Source: a virus (lineage: Duplodnaviria > Caudoviricetes). From it: 56,389 nucleotides of DNA. Of the stretch, positions 46,491-55,393 are shown one piece after another. The notes under the pieces are model-generated. The model had not been told where the DNA came from, ran no database searches, and worked only from the letters and a program-made list of their open reading frames with translations. Each line of letters starts with the position of its first letter. Positions within the stretch are counted from its first letter, which is position 1. The position numbers and the translations under genes are program-made. Where the stretch lies: IMG/VR virus record IMGVR_UViG_3300035183_000021, positions 1 through 56,389 of that record; one strand, given 5' to 3'.

Positions 46491-47135
46491 TCACACCCCC
46501 AGCTTGGCAGCGGTAAGCATTGCGGTTAGCATGTCCATATCAACATCTGGGCGCACCTTGAGTCTGATCCTACCTGTAGAGGAGTCGAGTTGTTCTCTTA
46601 TATTTCTAGGTACCAATTCCCGTAAAGGCGGCCATGCTTCGCACGCTTGATTAAGCGTAGTGTAAGTATCGAGGATTGCCCTTACCGACGAAACAAACTT
46701 CCTTTGCCGAGCAATTGCTTCCTCAACTCGCTTTTGTTTGACGGATACTTCAGCAAATAACTCGTCCCATGCCGGGTGGCTTTTAAGGCGTATCGTAGTT
46801 CCGGTCCAAACTGTCAGCTTTACATGTTCACTAGCCAACTCAGTGTCAGGAAACTGATGTGGCCATGGTTGCGGTGTCGTGAAGGAAAACGGCAAATTAC
46901 AATCTAAATCTCCAATCCTCCGAACAGTAAAATCCCGCACCGTTATAGACCACCCAACAGGAAGCTGATCAACAAGCGGTCGAATACTGCCAAACAACGT
47001 ATCGTAAATACGCTGCCCCCATGAGTTATCCACTTTTGCCATTTCCTTTGCCGCTGCTACAGCGGGAGCCATTCGCTCATAGGCTGCGTCAGTTATACGA
47101 GTCTTCAAATCTCTTGAAAGACGAATTGTTGCCAT
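46491..47135 (-). CDS. Nmad5-like protein
   Basis: Start MATIRLSRDLK with SD GGAGG; 'LDTYTTLNQACEAWPPLRELVP' resembles the Nmad5 family as I recall it. Confidence 0.55.
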   Translation of the reverse strand: MATIRLSRDLKTRITDAAYERMAPAVAAAKEMAKVDNSWGQRIYDTLFGSIRPLVDQLPVGWSITVRDFTVRRIGDLDCNLPFSFTTPQPWPHQFPDTELASEHVKLTVWTGTTIRLKSHPAWDELFAEVSVKQKRVEEAIARQRKFVSSVRAILDTYTTLNQACEAWPPLRELVPRNIREQLDSSTGRIRLKVRPDVDMDMLTAMLTAAKLGV

Positions 47136-47556
47136 ACTTCCTCCAAATTTCGTTGACGATGCAACTGACTTTTTTAACCGCACGTTGCCTGATTTCTTTG
47201 GCGCTGTATTTCGACAGTGCGATGAGTAATACCTCATCCTTGAATACATCGCCGGTGCCACACCGAGATAAGAAATGCCTCCTACCTTGCTCTGGTAAAT
47301 CAAATTTGAAGTTAGTTACCAAAACTTCCCTAGTCCAGATCGTCATTTGCAAAGCGCAGTAATTTGCCCTCGTATATGCGAATAGCGCCGCATCTTCTCC
47401 ATCAGGGTCATATCCCAGATTACGCAAGAATACTTCCCAAGGTCGGACGTAAGCCTCAATATACGAAGAGATTTTGTCTGGCTGGTAACATACCATTCCA
47501 ATTTCTCTTAAAGACGCCTGAATTTCCCGGACAACGCCGGGGTCAAGTGTTCCCAT
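47089..47556 (-). CDS. Hypothetical protein
   Basis: SD GAGGAGG; 155 aa. Confidence 0.6.
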   Translation of the reverse strand: MGTLDPGVVREIQASLREIGMVCYQPDKISSYIEAYVRPWEVFLRNLGYDPDGEDAALFAYTRANYCALQMTIWTREVLVTNFKFDLPEQGRRHFLSRCGTGDVFKDEVLLIALSKYSAKEIRQRAVKKVSCIVNEIWRKYGNNSSFKRFEDSYN

Positions 47557-47565
47557 ACTTCCTCC

Positions 47566-48669
47566 TCAATCCATCTTCACCACTTCCCCGAAGGGCACTT
47601 CGCCATTTTCCGTTGTGACCCACAACACCGGGACGTTCGGCTCCTCGCCAAACGAGCTACACTCCAGGTCGGTAAGGAACACGATAGCCACCGGTTCGAT
47701 GTTCTGTTCCGCGATCCACTTGAACACGGGAGCAAAATCAGTCCCACCACCACCGTGAAGCTGAAGGTTAAGGTTATCGTGCTGTTCGTAGCTCTCAGTA
47801 TGGCAGACTTCGCTATCGAAGTACACCACGTGAATGCGGGACGGCATCAGGTCTTCCTTGACCCGCTTAATCTCAGCCGCGAATTGATTGAGTGTATGCT
47901 GGTCAATGGAGCCGGAACAGTCGATGGCGAATACGATCTCGCCCATTGTCTCGCCACTGACACTAGGCAGGTACAGCCCCTGCGAGACAAACCGGCGGTT
48001 GAACCGGGCAAAGGATCGCTCGTCGTTACGGCACTTGACAAGGAACCGATACAGCACGTCCCGCCAGTCAACCCTGGGTTGTAACACCTCATCCACAAAC
48101 CGGCGCAAGCCAGCGGATAGCTTGCCCATCATCTTGGCCGCCTGCGCAGCCTGGGCCACCTTCACTTTCCACTCTGCCATGGCCTGCGCCTGTTCAGCGG
48201 GACTGCCTTCACCATCCTCGCAATTATCCAGCAGCCCATCGGTACCAGCGGCTTCGTTTTGTTCCGGCAGGATGTCGTAGATACCCTCACTAGTCCCACC
48301 CCCAGCGGCGTAGATGTTGGGATCATACAACCCCACCTTGGGCATCTTGCCGATGCCCTCGTCTATCAACAACTTGTTGATTACGTAATCCGCCGCCATG
48401 TTCCACCGCCTAACCTGCCTACTACCACGGCGATAGTTATGCTCCAGCATGGGGTGGAAACACTCGTGGGCCACGAGGAACTTGAGCTCTTCGTCGGTTA
48501 GTTCCTCAACAAACTTGGGATTGAACTTGACCCGTTTGCCATTCGTCGCCGCTGTCGGAATGCTGTCATCGAACTCGAACGGCATGGACAGGGCGATAGA
48601 CCCCACAAAGGGGTGCTCAAGGATCAGGGCGGTTTTGGCTTTTGCCAGTTTGATTTCCAGCTTGTTCAT
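47566..48669 (-). CDS. DUF2201-type metallopeptidase + VWA domain protein
   Basis: 'TAATNG', 'AHECFH', 'WNMAADYVIN', MIDAS 'DCSGS', 'GGGGTDF' and 'FLTD'. Confidence 0.88.
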   Translation of the reverse strand: MNKLEIKLAKAKTALILEHPFVGSIALSMPFEFDDSIPTAATNGKRVKFNPKFVEELTDEELKFLVAHECFHPMLEHNYRRGSRQVRRWNMAADYVINKLLIDEGIGKMPKVGLYDPNIYAAGGGTSEGIYDILPEQNEAAGTDGLLDNCEDGEGSPAEQAQAMAEWKVKVAQAAQAAKMMGKLSAGLRRFVDEVLQPRVDWRDVLYRFLVKCRNDERSFARFNRRFVSQGLYLPSVSGETMGEIVFAIDCSGSIDQHTLNQFAAEIKRVKEDLMPSRIHVVYFDSEVCHTESYEQHDNLNLQLHGGGGTDFAPVFKWIAEQNIEPVAIVFLTDLECSSFGEEPNVPVLWVTTENGEVPFGEVVKMD

Positions 48670-48686
48670 CTCTTCCTCCTTGTAGC

Positions 48687-48980
48687 TTAATTTTTCGGCC
48701 ACACCGTGATCACATATTGGGTGATCTCAGCATCGTCATCCAGCTCATACCCCAAGGCACGTGTTCGCTGTATCACCTCTGGACTACCCGCCTTGGAATT
48801 CCGCAGTTCCTTGGCCGTCACCGTTAGTGCGCCTTGGAGACCACCGCGCCACATAATGCGGTACCCATTGTCCCGAAGGGCGCGGATGGCGGCTATCTTT
48901 GAGTCCCGCTCCAAAGGGAGCGGGGGTGCAGGTTCGCTCCAGTCATACCCCGTTAGGATGGGATACACGATTGCTTTCAT
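48687..48980 (-). CDS. Hypothetical protein
   Basis: SD GAGGAGGTG. Confidence 0.6.
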   Translation of the reverse strand: MKAIVYPILTGYDWSEPAPPLPLERDSKIAAIRALRDNGYRIMWRGGLQGALTVTAKELRNSKAGSPEVIQRTRALGYELDDDAEITQYVITVWPKN

Positions 48981-48990
48981 ACCCACCTCC

Positions 48991-49839
48991 TCACAAGTTA
49001 CCCATGAACGCGCCCATCGCGTCCATAATCCGCTTAGCTTCCTCAGCCGTATTCCGCCGCAGGTCGGGATCGCTCCGCAGTGCGTCAGGCTGTTTGATCA
49101 GGGATGCCTCCACCTGTTGCCGCATCGCTTCCAAATGCGGGTCGTCGGCGAAGTTCAGCCGGGGCAGCAAGGCGCAGAGCTCTTTGGCATTCTCAATCAT
49201 CGAGTCACGGAAAATCGCCTCAGGATCAGACAGCTTTTCGGCGATATGCTTCACCCGCTCATACAGCCGCTGCCATATATCCCGCAACGCCGCTTGTTCC
49301 GCTTCCTTCACCCGCCTCTCAACATCCTGTTGAATGCGGGTCAGCTCATCGGACGCGATACTCACCCTGAAGTCTGACGTGGGTACAGGGAACACGGCCA
49401 GATCAATCTTGAACTTCCGCTCCAGCTCTGCCACGGTGGGGTAATCCGCCGGGTCATACAGCCCACCCAGAACCCGCTGCGCATCCAGGCGCATCTGGTC
49501 GTAGCTGTTGAGGAAATCCTGCACCAATTGCTCCCATTCAGCTTTCTCCTTGCGGAAATCCGTCATGAAGGCAAGGTAGTTTGCCGTAGGCAGCATCATG
49601 GTACCGTCCAGTCCCCACGGGAGGGTGTTTTGGTAATACTTGGTGCGGATGTAGGTCGTCTTCTTGTGAATCCGGTCCAGCTTGTCGTTCATTGGCAAGA
49701 GGGCCTTGTTAAACCGGCCAGCAGCCGACGTTGCCCCATGGGCAGACACCACCTCCTGCGAAGCCCGTTTGTCATACTTGCGGGCGGTCCACTGAGAGAT
49801 ATGCAGTTGAACGAGAAGCGCGCGGTCGTTGAGATTCAT
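48991..49839 (-). CDS. DUF3150-like helical protein
   Basis: Start MNLNDRALLVQLHISQWTARK (SD AAGGAG); 'NTLPW' and 'YDPADYP' patterns; located next to the AAA ATPase. Confidence 0.6.
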   Translation of the reverse strand: MNLNDRALLVQLHISQWTARKYDKRASQEVVSAHGATSAAGRFNKALLPMNDKLDRIHKKTTYIRTKYYQNTLPWGLDGTMMLPTANYLAFMTDFRKEKAEWEQLVQDFLNSYDQMRLDAQRVLGGLYDPADYPTVAELERKFKIDLAVFPVPTSDFRVSIASDELTRIQQDVERRVKEAEQAALRDIWQRLYERVKHIAEKLSDPEAIFRDSMIENAKELCALLPRLNFADDPHLEAMRQQVEASLIKQPDALRSDPDLRRNTAEEAKRIMDAMGAFMGNL

Positions 49840-49852
49840 GGTAGTCTCCTTG

Positions 49853-50842
49853 TTAAAACAGAACATTTTGGTGATTGATCGCCCACCGGGTGAATGCCTG
49901 GGTATTCGCCAAGGCCGGGTCCCGTCTGGCTGCATGGCTGATGGTGAGTACTGAGAACTCCGGGGGCATCCGCTCGGCGTACTGCACCACCCGCTCAAAG
50001 TTACTCTCAGTTGCCCTGCTTGCCAAGGCCCCTGACAGAGCGTAGAGCGTAGCGGGATCGGTGGGAACCTCCGCCGTGGCCGGGTTGAGCAGGATGGCAT
50101 CCGGGTTGGGCAGCTTCCGGTAAATCCGCAGGAACCCCACGAACTCCGCCGCCGCGCCTTCCCCAACGGCTCCCTTGAAACACTCGAACTCCGCCTCGGC
50201 AGGGACGGTGCCGAGCACGGCGCTCACGCCTTCAACCCACGAACGTGGGGTGGGATTCTGATCCCGTTGGGGGTCGAAGTCATGAAGCAAATTGGGCCGG
50301 AAGCGGATGAAGCTGATCACCTCAGGCTTGACGTTGTGCTCGATGGCCCATGCTGTCCAGTCGTCGATGTGGGTTTCGAGCTCCAGGACAGTCTCACGAT
50401 TGCGAAGGTGGGACAGAATCCGATTAGCCCCGGCGCGGTCAGACTGCCGGTTGCCCGTTGAGACCACCATCCATCCGTCGGGCATGGGGGTACCATGCAG
50501 TGTACGAGCTTGGCAAATGTTAGCCAAAACTTTCTGCAAATCAGGCCCTGCCTGATTTCTGTCATCGAACAGGAGGATACCCCGCTCAGGGGCCTTACCC
50601 TTGACCGGGAACCAGTCGGGGAGCTTGTAGTGGAGCATGTCATCGTCCCCCTTCGGGAACAAAATCCCGAAGTCCTCCACAAGCATCGTCGGCATGTGCC
50701 GCTCGATGCAGGGAACGCCAAGTTCCTCCGCCACCTCGTGGACGATGGTGGTCTTCCCCCCACCGGGCGCGCCTTCGATGCAGACAGTGCGGGTGATGGG
50801 AAAGAGAGACTTCAAGGTTTCCTTGAGAAGCGCAGCGCGCAT
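49853..50842 (-). CDS. MoxR-like AAA+ ATPase
   Basis: Walker A 'GAPGGGKT', Walker B 'LLFDD', 'STGNR', 'LRNR' and 'PTPRSW'. Confidence 0.88.
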   Translation of the reverse strand: MRAALLKETLKSLFPITRTVCIEGAPGGGKTTIVHEVAEELGVPCIERHMPTMLVEDFGILFPKGDDDMLHYKLPDWFPVKGKAPERGILLFDDRNQAGPDLQKVLANICQARTLHGTPMPDGWMVVSTGNRQSDRAGANRILSHLRNRETVLELETHIDDWTAWAIEHNVKPEVISFIRFRPNLLHDFDPQRDQNPTPRSWVEGVSAVLGTVPAEAEFECFKGAVGEGAAAEFVGFLRIYRKLPNPDAILLNPATAEVPTDPATLYALSGALASRATESNFERVVQYAERMPPEFSVLTISHAARRDPALANTQAFTRWAINHQNVLF

Positions 50843-50863
50843 GATTGCCTCCTTGGGTTGAAA

Positions 50864-51010
50864 TTACTTGACAAAAACGCACTCATACGAGTGCCGGACC
50901 CCCATAGCATCGGTGTAGGTTTCCCCACACCCCACGGCCCACTCCACCATCAGGATCGCCACGAATGTGGCGAACAGGGCGATAGCAATGACTTCCAGTA
51001 AGACTTTCAT
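50864..51010 (-). CDS. 48-aa membrane protein (not in the ORF track)
   Basis: Hand-translated MKVLLEVIAIALFATFVAILMVEWAVGCGETYTDAMGVRHSYECVFVK; SD AAGGAGGT. Confidence 0.6.
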   Translation of the reverse strand: MKVLLEVIAIALFATFVAILMVEWAVGCGETYTDAMGVRHSYECVFVK

Positions 51011-51462
51011 TCGATGACCTCCTTGCAGTATTCGTTAAGTTGTTTGTCCACGATCTTTATGAACTCCTCCCTGAAGTTGATGTGTGAAAACTGTCGCAAC
51101 ACCTCCACCCAGGCCCTAGCCCGGACCTCATCCTTGTAGGGGTTGAAATACCCCACGAATGTTGTGGGATCAGAGTGTTCCCCAGGCATCGGCAGGTATG
51201 AGTGATAATCTACCGTAGGACGCCCAATTGGACCAGTGCGGGTGATCTTGAATGACCAAAACCTCCGGGCATGGGCAATTAACACGGGATTGTCGTACCC
51301 CACCGACGGGAGGAACTTCGCCCAATCGCTTACCCAACCAAACACACTTAGGGAATTACCCTCCAATGGCATGACGGAGACATAAACCCCATTCGGTAGG
51401 AATTTATTCGATGGCTTCAAGGGTGATTTCCTCCTCTTCCAATTCCTCCACGTCCAAGCCAT
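51007..51462 (-). CDS. Diverged paralogue of 51404-52015 (start uncertain)
   Basis: Colinear similarity with the neighbouring gene. Confidence 0.55.
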   Translation of the reverse strand: MAWTWRNWKRRKSPLKPSNKFLPNGVYVSVMPLEGNSLSVFGWVSDWAKFLPSVGYDNPVLIAHARRFWSFKITRTGPIGRPTVDYHSYLPMPGEHSDPTTFVGYFNPYKDEVRARAWVEVLRQFSHINFREEFIKIVDKQLNEYCKEVIE

Positions 51463-52015
51463 TGGCTACGATGGCCTCCCAGACGGCTTCTTCGCTTGTC
51501 AAGTATTCATACTCCTTTTCCAAGCGACTGTAGAGCTCCCGCATGTGATCGCGGAACACCTCTTTGAAGTCTTCTGCGAAGTTGTAGTCAACATACTGAC
51601 TGATCACCGCGAACCATGCGCGGCTTTTGAGCTCGTCCTCGTAAGGAGAGTAGAACTCGATGAAGTCCTCGTCGTCAGTGCGGCTGTCGGGCATTGGGAA
51701 GCTGTAGTCGAAGACTGTACAGTACTCATCGTAGTAACTACCACGATGTTTGCACGAAAAGTACCAGTGATTAAAAGCATGATCCACCAGAGGGGCATCG
51801 GTGTATCCCACCGATGCAAGGAACTTGTCCCAATCCTGGACATAACCCTCAAAACAGGCCCCATCGCCTTGGGACCAGAAACCGCTGAAATAAACATTGT
51901 CCACCTCGATACCGATAGCGGCCATGTCCGTTTTGAACTGGTCAACGACCGGTTCCCACCAGCCGTCGTAAAGGTTGATTTCCCAATGTTTTTCAAGCAA
52001 TTGTTGCTTCGTCAT
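51404..52015 (-). CDS. Acidic hypothetical protein ('YFSGFWSQGDGACF' family)
   Basis: Recurrent phage/plasmid motif plus 'LEKEYEYLTSEEA'. Confidence 0.7.
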   Translation of the reverse strand: MTKQQLLEKHWEINLYDGWWEPVVDQFKTDMAAIGIEVDNVYFSGFWSQGDGACFEGYVQDWDKFLASVGYTDAPLVDHAFNHWYFSCKHRGSYYDEYCTVFDYSFPMPDSRTDDEDFIEFYSPYEDELKSRAWFAVISQYVDYNFAEDFKEVFRDHMRELYSRLEKEYEYLTSEEAVWEAIVANGLDVEELEEEEITLEAIE

Positions 52016-52335
52016 ACCGTCACTCCCTCAAGAACGCGAGCTTTGATGAGCTCGACGATGCCACCACGAATCACCCTGTGCATCCACTCAGTGGACAGTG
52101 ACCGCCTCGGGGCGGAGGGGCAGCATTGCGTCATGTGCCGGGACGTTGACCGGCTGTATTTGTCCTCGTTTCGGAACCATTGGCCGTCAACGTAGGCCAG
52201 GAGGGGGAAGTGGTAGCCGTAGGAATAGACGGCATAGACCCCGCTTGGGGCGTATTCTGCGAAGAGATTGGAACCCTTGAACGGTTCCAGCCGTTCGACG
52301 TACTCGCGGGCTTGATGATTGGCAATGCGCTTCAT
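52012..52335 (-). CDS. Hypothetical early protein
   Basis: Start MKRIANHQ with SD AAGGAGG; 'YAVYSYG...KYSRSTSRH' pattern. Confidence 0.65.
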   Translation of the reverse strand: MKRIANHQAREYVERLEPFKGSNLFAEYAPSGVYAVYSYGYHFPLLAYVDGQWFRNEDKYSRSTSRHMTQCCPSAPRRSLSTEWMHRVIRGGIVELIKARVLEGVTV

Positions 52336-52354
52336 ACTTCCTCCTTGTGGGTTG

Positions 52355-52603
52355 TTAAGAGTGAATGCCGTAGTGGTCATCATGCCACACGGCCCCCAAT
52401 GCGTAGCCAAACTTGCCATCAGCCCGGTAATAACGGGCCAGCAGGTCAGTCTCGCCATCCCGCTCGATGAGTACCTTCGGGTAAACATCGAGATTCCAAG
52501 ACATGAGGTAGCCGATGGCGTTGAGAAGCTCCCTCCGGTCGCCGGTGGCTTCGGCGATGTCGGAGAAGTCGTCTTGAGAGAGGGAAAGTTCGATAATGCG
52601 CAT
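52355..52603 (-). CDS. Hypothetical early protein
   Basis: SD AAGGAGG. Confidence 0.65.
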   Translation of the reverse strand: MRIIELSLSQDDFSDIAEATGDRRELLNAIGYLMSWNLDVYPKVLIERDGETDLLARYYRADGKFGYALGAVWHDDHYGIHS

Positions 52604-52618
52604 GTTTGCCTCCTTGGG

Positions 52619-52891
52619 TCAGTGAATCCTGCGAAGCTCGCAGATTGGGTTCCCCTTACGGTCAGTGGCGTAGAGGGTGTAGTCCTCATCGCCATCCCAC
52701 GTGAGACCCCGCGCCCCAATGGCGCGGTTAATCTGGCGGTCAGTAAGGCGGTAGATACCAGTGGCCGGGTCAAGACGGGCCACCACCTCGACGGTTCCCT
52801 GCGGGAACACGTCGTTGACCATCAGACCGCCTTCTCCGTCGGCCCAAAGGTCGTAGATGTAGAGGGTAAAGCGGAATTTCTTGGTTTTCAT
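52619..52891 (-). CDS. Hypothetical early protein
   Basis: SD GGAGG; 'DLWADGEGGLMVND'. Confidence 0.65.
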   Translation of the reverse strand: MKTKKFRFTLYIYDLWADGEGGLMVNDVFPQGTVEVVARLDPATGIYRLTDRQINRAIGARGLTWDGDEDYTLYATDRKGNPICELRRIH

Positions 52892-52946
52892 CGCTGCCTC
52901 CAAGGGTTGGATTACCACGCCGGGTATATCCGGCGTGGCGCATGGG

Positions 52947-53162
52947 TTAGTACCAGGGGGCTGTAGGCTTTGGAGGACAATTCTCCATCACCCCGGCGTA
53001 AAAGCCGAGGTAACCCACAAAATACTCAGTGGCTTCATCGAGCTCCTCCTTTGAGGAGACTTTTACTGGAAACCATCCAGTAACCCCGTTAGGGGCTTCA
53101 ACACGAATCACATGGTACCCCGCGAGATCACCACGGGTACGGTACTCGATGTCAACTTTCAT
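52947..53162 (-). CDS. Hypothetical protein, first gene of the leftward early operon
   Basis: SD AAGGAG. Confidence 0.6.
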   Translation of the reverse strand: MKVDIEYRTRGDLAGYHVIRVEAPNGVTGWFPVKVSSKEELDEATEYFVGYLGFYAGVMENCPPKPTAPWY

Positions 53163-53212
53163 GACAGTCTCCTTGTAAAGGCGAAGGGAGAGCCGCCGCG
53201 CGGCTCGGGATC

Positions 53213-53241
53213 AGGCTACCGCGACGCGCGCCGCGCGTCAA
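53213..53241 (-). promoter_or_regulatory. Sigma70-type promoter of the leftward operon
   Basis: TTGACG-N17-TAGCCT on the minus strand. Confidence 0.55.
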
Positions 53242-53272
53242 GTTTGCCGCTGCTTTCCCAGGGAAAGCAATG

Positions 53273-53392
53273 GGTTTACATGTTTAGTTTTTATTTACAG
53301 GTTTACATGTTTAGTTTTCGAGATGAATTTACACGTTCAGTTTTTATTTACAGGTTTACATGTTTAGTTTTTGGTATTTTATACGTTCAGTT
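53273..53392. repeat. Iteron-like direct repeats at the edge of an AT-rich non-coding tract
   Basis: GGTTTACATGTTTAGTTTT x3 (53273, 53300, 53353) interleaved with TAyACGTTCAGTT x2. Confidence 0.75.
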
Positions 53393-54240
53393 AGTAAATT
53401 TACCACGGGGCGGGGGTTTGATCTAAACTTGACATGTTAAAAATCTAGGGTTTTGGGGGGTTGTAGATCGCGCGTAGATCGCAGGAAGTGCTTGATTTAT
53501 AAAGGAAAAATCGGTTACGATCTAAATAATCTACGATTTTGGAAATAATGTGGCGCTAAAAAATTGTGAGCTATTAGTTTACATGTGTATACTATACCCA
53601 TAAGTAAAGTAGGGTTTTTCAAAAATTCTGAGTGAACCTATTCGCAAAAATCCTATATTTTCTATATCATCTAACTCATTATATATCCCAGCGCGCCCGT
53701 GGCTCTTTGGCAAGTGGTTGATTTCAAACGATTTTCCAAAACTTAACATTAAAAATGTGTAAAATTACCTACTATAGCCAGCTAAAAAGCGCAATAGATT
53801 ATTTCTTACACTTTGTCAAGTTAGCGTAGATCGTGCGTAAGTAGTTGTTTTTGCGCTGTTTTTTCTGAGCGCGCCTGGAAAAAATTATGCCGCTGACATT
53901 TTTCGCCCGTTTCGCGCGCCTCGGTTATGCTTTACACGCAGTAAGTATTTGATTCGCAAAGAAAAATTTAGGAAAAAATTCGTGTCAAGTATGTATCGCG
54001 GTTGCCGATAGCATAAATTGCGTAGGAAGATGTTGTGCGAAGTGACGAAGCGGCGGCGCATGGGAAGATGTTGTGGAGCGAAGCTGGCGAAGCGGCGGGG
54101 CTGGCGTGGTGATTGGGGCGGCTTGAAAGGGCGTGCGTGCGCGAGCCACGACCCCCCGACGTATAGTCAAAACCCCCCTCAAGCAAAGACCCTCCACAAC
54201 GCGGCCAAGACCCTCCTTGGTGCTGGTGCTTGTGGTGCGA

Positions 54241-54404
54241 TAGCGTAGGGAAGGTAGCAGCGTAGGGAAGGCAGCAGCGTAGGGAAGGCGGTAGCGTAGG
54301 GAAGGCGGTAGCGTAGGGAAGGCGGTAGCGTAGGGAAGGCGGTAGCGTAGGGGTGGCAGCAGCGTAGGGAAGGCGGTAGCGAAGGGACGGCGGTAGCGTA
54401 GGGG
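54241..54404. repeat. Degenerate 17-mer tandem repeat (GGCGGTAGCGTAGGGAA), about 9-10 units
   Basis: Read directly. Confidence 0.9.
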
Positions 54405-54405
54405 C

Positions 54406-54434
54406 AAAAAATAAACCCGCCTTTCGGCGGGTTT
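54406..54434 (-). terminator. Intrinsic terminator
   Basis: On the minus strand: AAACCCGCC-GAAA-GGCGGGTTT followed by ATTTTTT. Confidence 0.75.
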
Positions 54435-54438
54435 CTCG

Positions 54439-54618
54439 TTACCGGGTCATTATGACCCGGACGTTTTCGGGTGGAATACCTTCTTTTTCGATAAGGTATT
54501 CCTGGAAGTCACAAGCGGCACGGTCCCGCTTGTAGGCGCGAAAGCGCATGGTATCGTTTTCTATCCACTTCACGATGAAGCGGATATTTTCCTGTTTCCT
54601 GGGTTTTCTTTGCTTCAT
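54439..54618 (-). CDS. 59-aa basic protein (not in the ORF track)
   Basis: Hand-translated MKQRKPRKQENIRFIVKW...; SD GAGGTG; ends just before the terminator. Confidence 0.6.
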   Translation of the reverse strand: MKQRKPRKQENIRFIVKWIENDTMRFRAYKRDRAACDFQEYLIEKEGIPPENVRVIMTR

Positions 54619-54634
54619 AGGTCACCTCTTTGGG

Positions 54635-54661
54635 AAAATGGCAGAGGCTTTCGCCTCTGCC
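54635..54661 (-). terminator. Terminator-like hairpin
   Basis: On the minus strand: GGCAGAGGC-GAAA-GCCTCTGCC followed by ATTTT. Confidence 0.55.
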
Positions 54662-54670
54662 GATTGGGGG

Positions 54671-54970
54671 TTAGGCGAGCTTCTCGACTCGCCGGGCGTG
54701 GCCTTGTGCCCCATCCTGGCGCTTGGGAAGCAACCCGATGTACGGGTTTCCGTAACGGTTGGCGAGCAATACCGGTTCGCCGTTTTTGTCGGCGATGAAC
54801 AAGGAATACTTGTTCACCGATGCTTTCCGCGCCTTCGCCAGTTTGAGCATCGTTTCGTAGCATTCGCGGGCATTTTCGGCCGAGAATCGGCCGTCAGGAT
54901 CGCGCTTGAGCGCGATTTCCCCGCGAGTGTTCAAAACGATGCTGACGCGCCCTTCAAACACTTTGCTCAT
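54671..54970 (-). CDS. Hypothetical early protein (99 aa, MSKVFEGRV...)
   Basis: SD GGGAG; downstream of the promoter at about 55078. Confidence 0.65.
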   Translation of the reverse strand: MSKVFEGRVSIVLNTRGEIALKRDPDGRFSAENARECYETMLKLAKARKASVNKYSLFIADKNGEPVLLANRYGNPYIGLLPKRQDGAQGHARRVEKLA

Positions 54971-55049
54971 AGTGTTTCTCCCATAAGTTAGATTGTCAAA
55001 GAACGTGGGCCTTTCGGCCCATCGATGCGCCCATCGCATCGACAGTTTC

Positions 55050-55081
55050 AGACTTGCATAACTTTACGTTTGTGTCAAGTT
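55050..55081 (-). promoter_or_regulatory. Promoter/operator copy 1 (leftward)
   Basis: On the minus strand: AACTTGACA-CAAA-CGTAAAGTT-ATGC. Confidence 0.6.
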
Positions 55082-55089
55082 ATGGGCGG

Positions 55090-55150
55090 ATTCCGTGCAT
55101 TCCGTGCATTCCGTGCATTCCGTGCATTCCGTGCATTCCGTGCATTCCGT
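55090..55150. repeat. Tandem repeat (ATTCCGTGC), six full units plus a partial one
   Basis: Read directly. Confidence 0.95.
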
Positions 55151-55296
55151 CAGCCCACAAGCGCCGACACGCGACCCCCCGACTTGGTAGGGTTTCTGAC
55201 TCATCAACCCCCCACTAACCCCACAATTTGTTGGTGAGCTTCGCTTGGGAGCGCGTGATGGTGATTTAGTTTCCGCTTCTAGTAGGGTCTTCGTTG

Positions 55297-55340
55297 AATT
55301 TGACATTTATGTAAAGTTATGTAACTATTACGTCATGCGC
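55297..55340 (+). promoter_or_regulatory. Promoter/operator copy 2
   Basis: AATTTGACA-TTTA-TGTAAAGTT-ATGTAACTATTACGTCATGCGC. Confidence 0.65.
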
Positions 55341-55393
55341 GGCATGGTGTCGCGTGGCCATACCCCAAGGCGGATTGGGGAAGGAGAGAAAAG

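Noticed and set aside
48991-50166. Long N-terminal extensions in the ORF track (also 46491-47303, 52012-52773, 41347-43266)
   Set aside because: The extensions overlap upstream genes. Internal ATGs with an SD or start-stop coupling (49839, 47135, 52335, 43212) are the better starts.
53985-54407. 140-aa repetitive ORF, and the RAF/TEC-repeat ORFs at 55025-55306
   Set aside because: They are translations of non-coding tandem arrays, with no SD seen.
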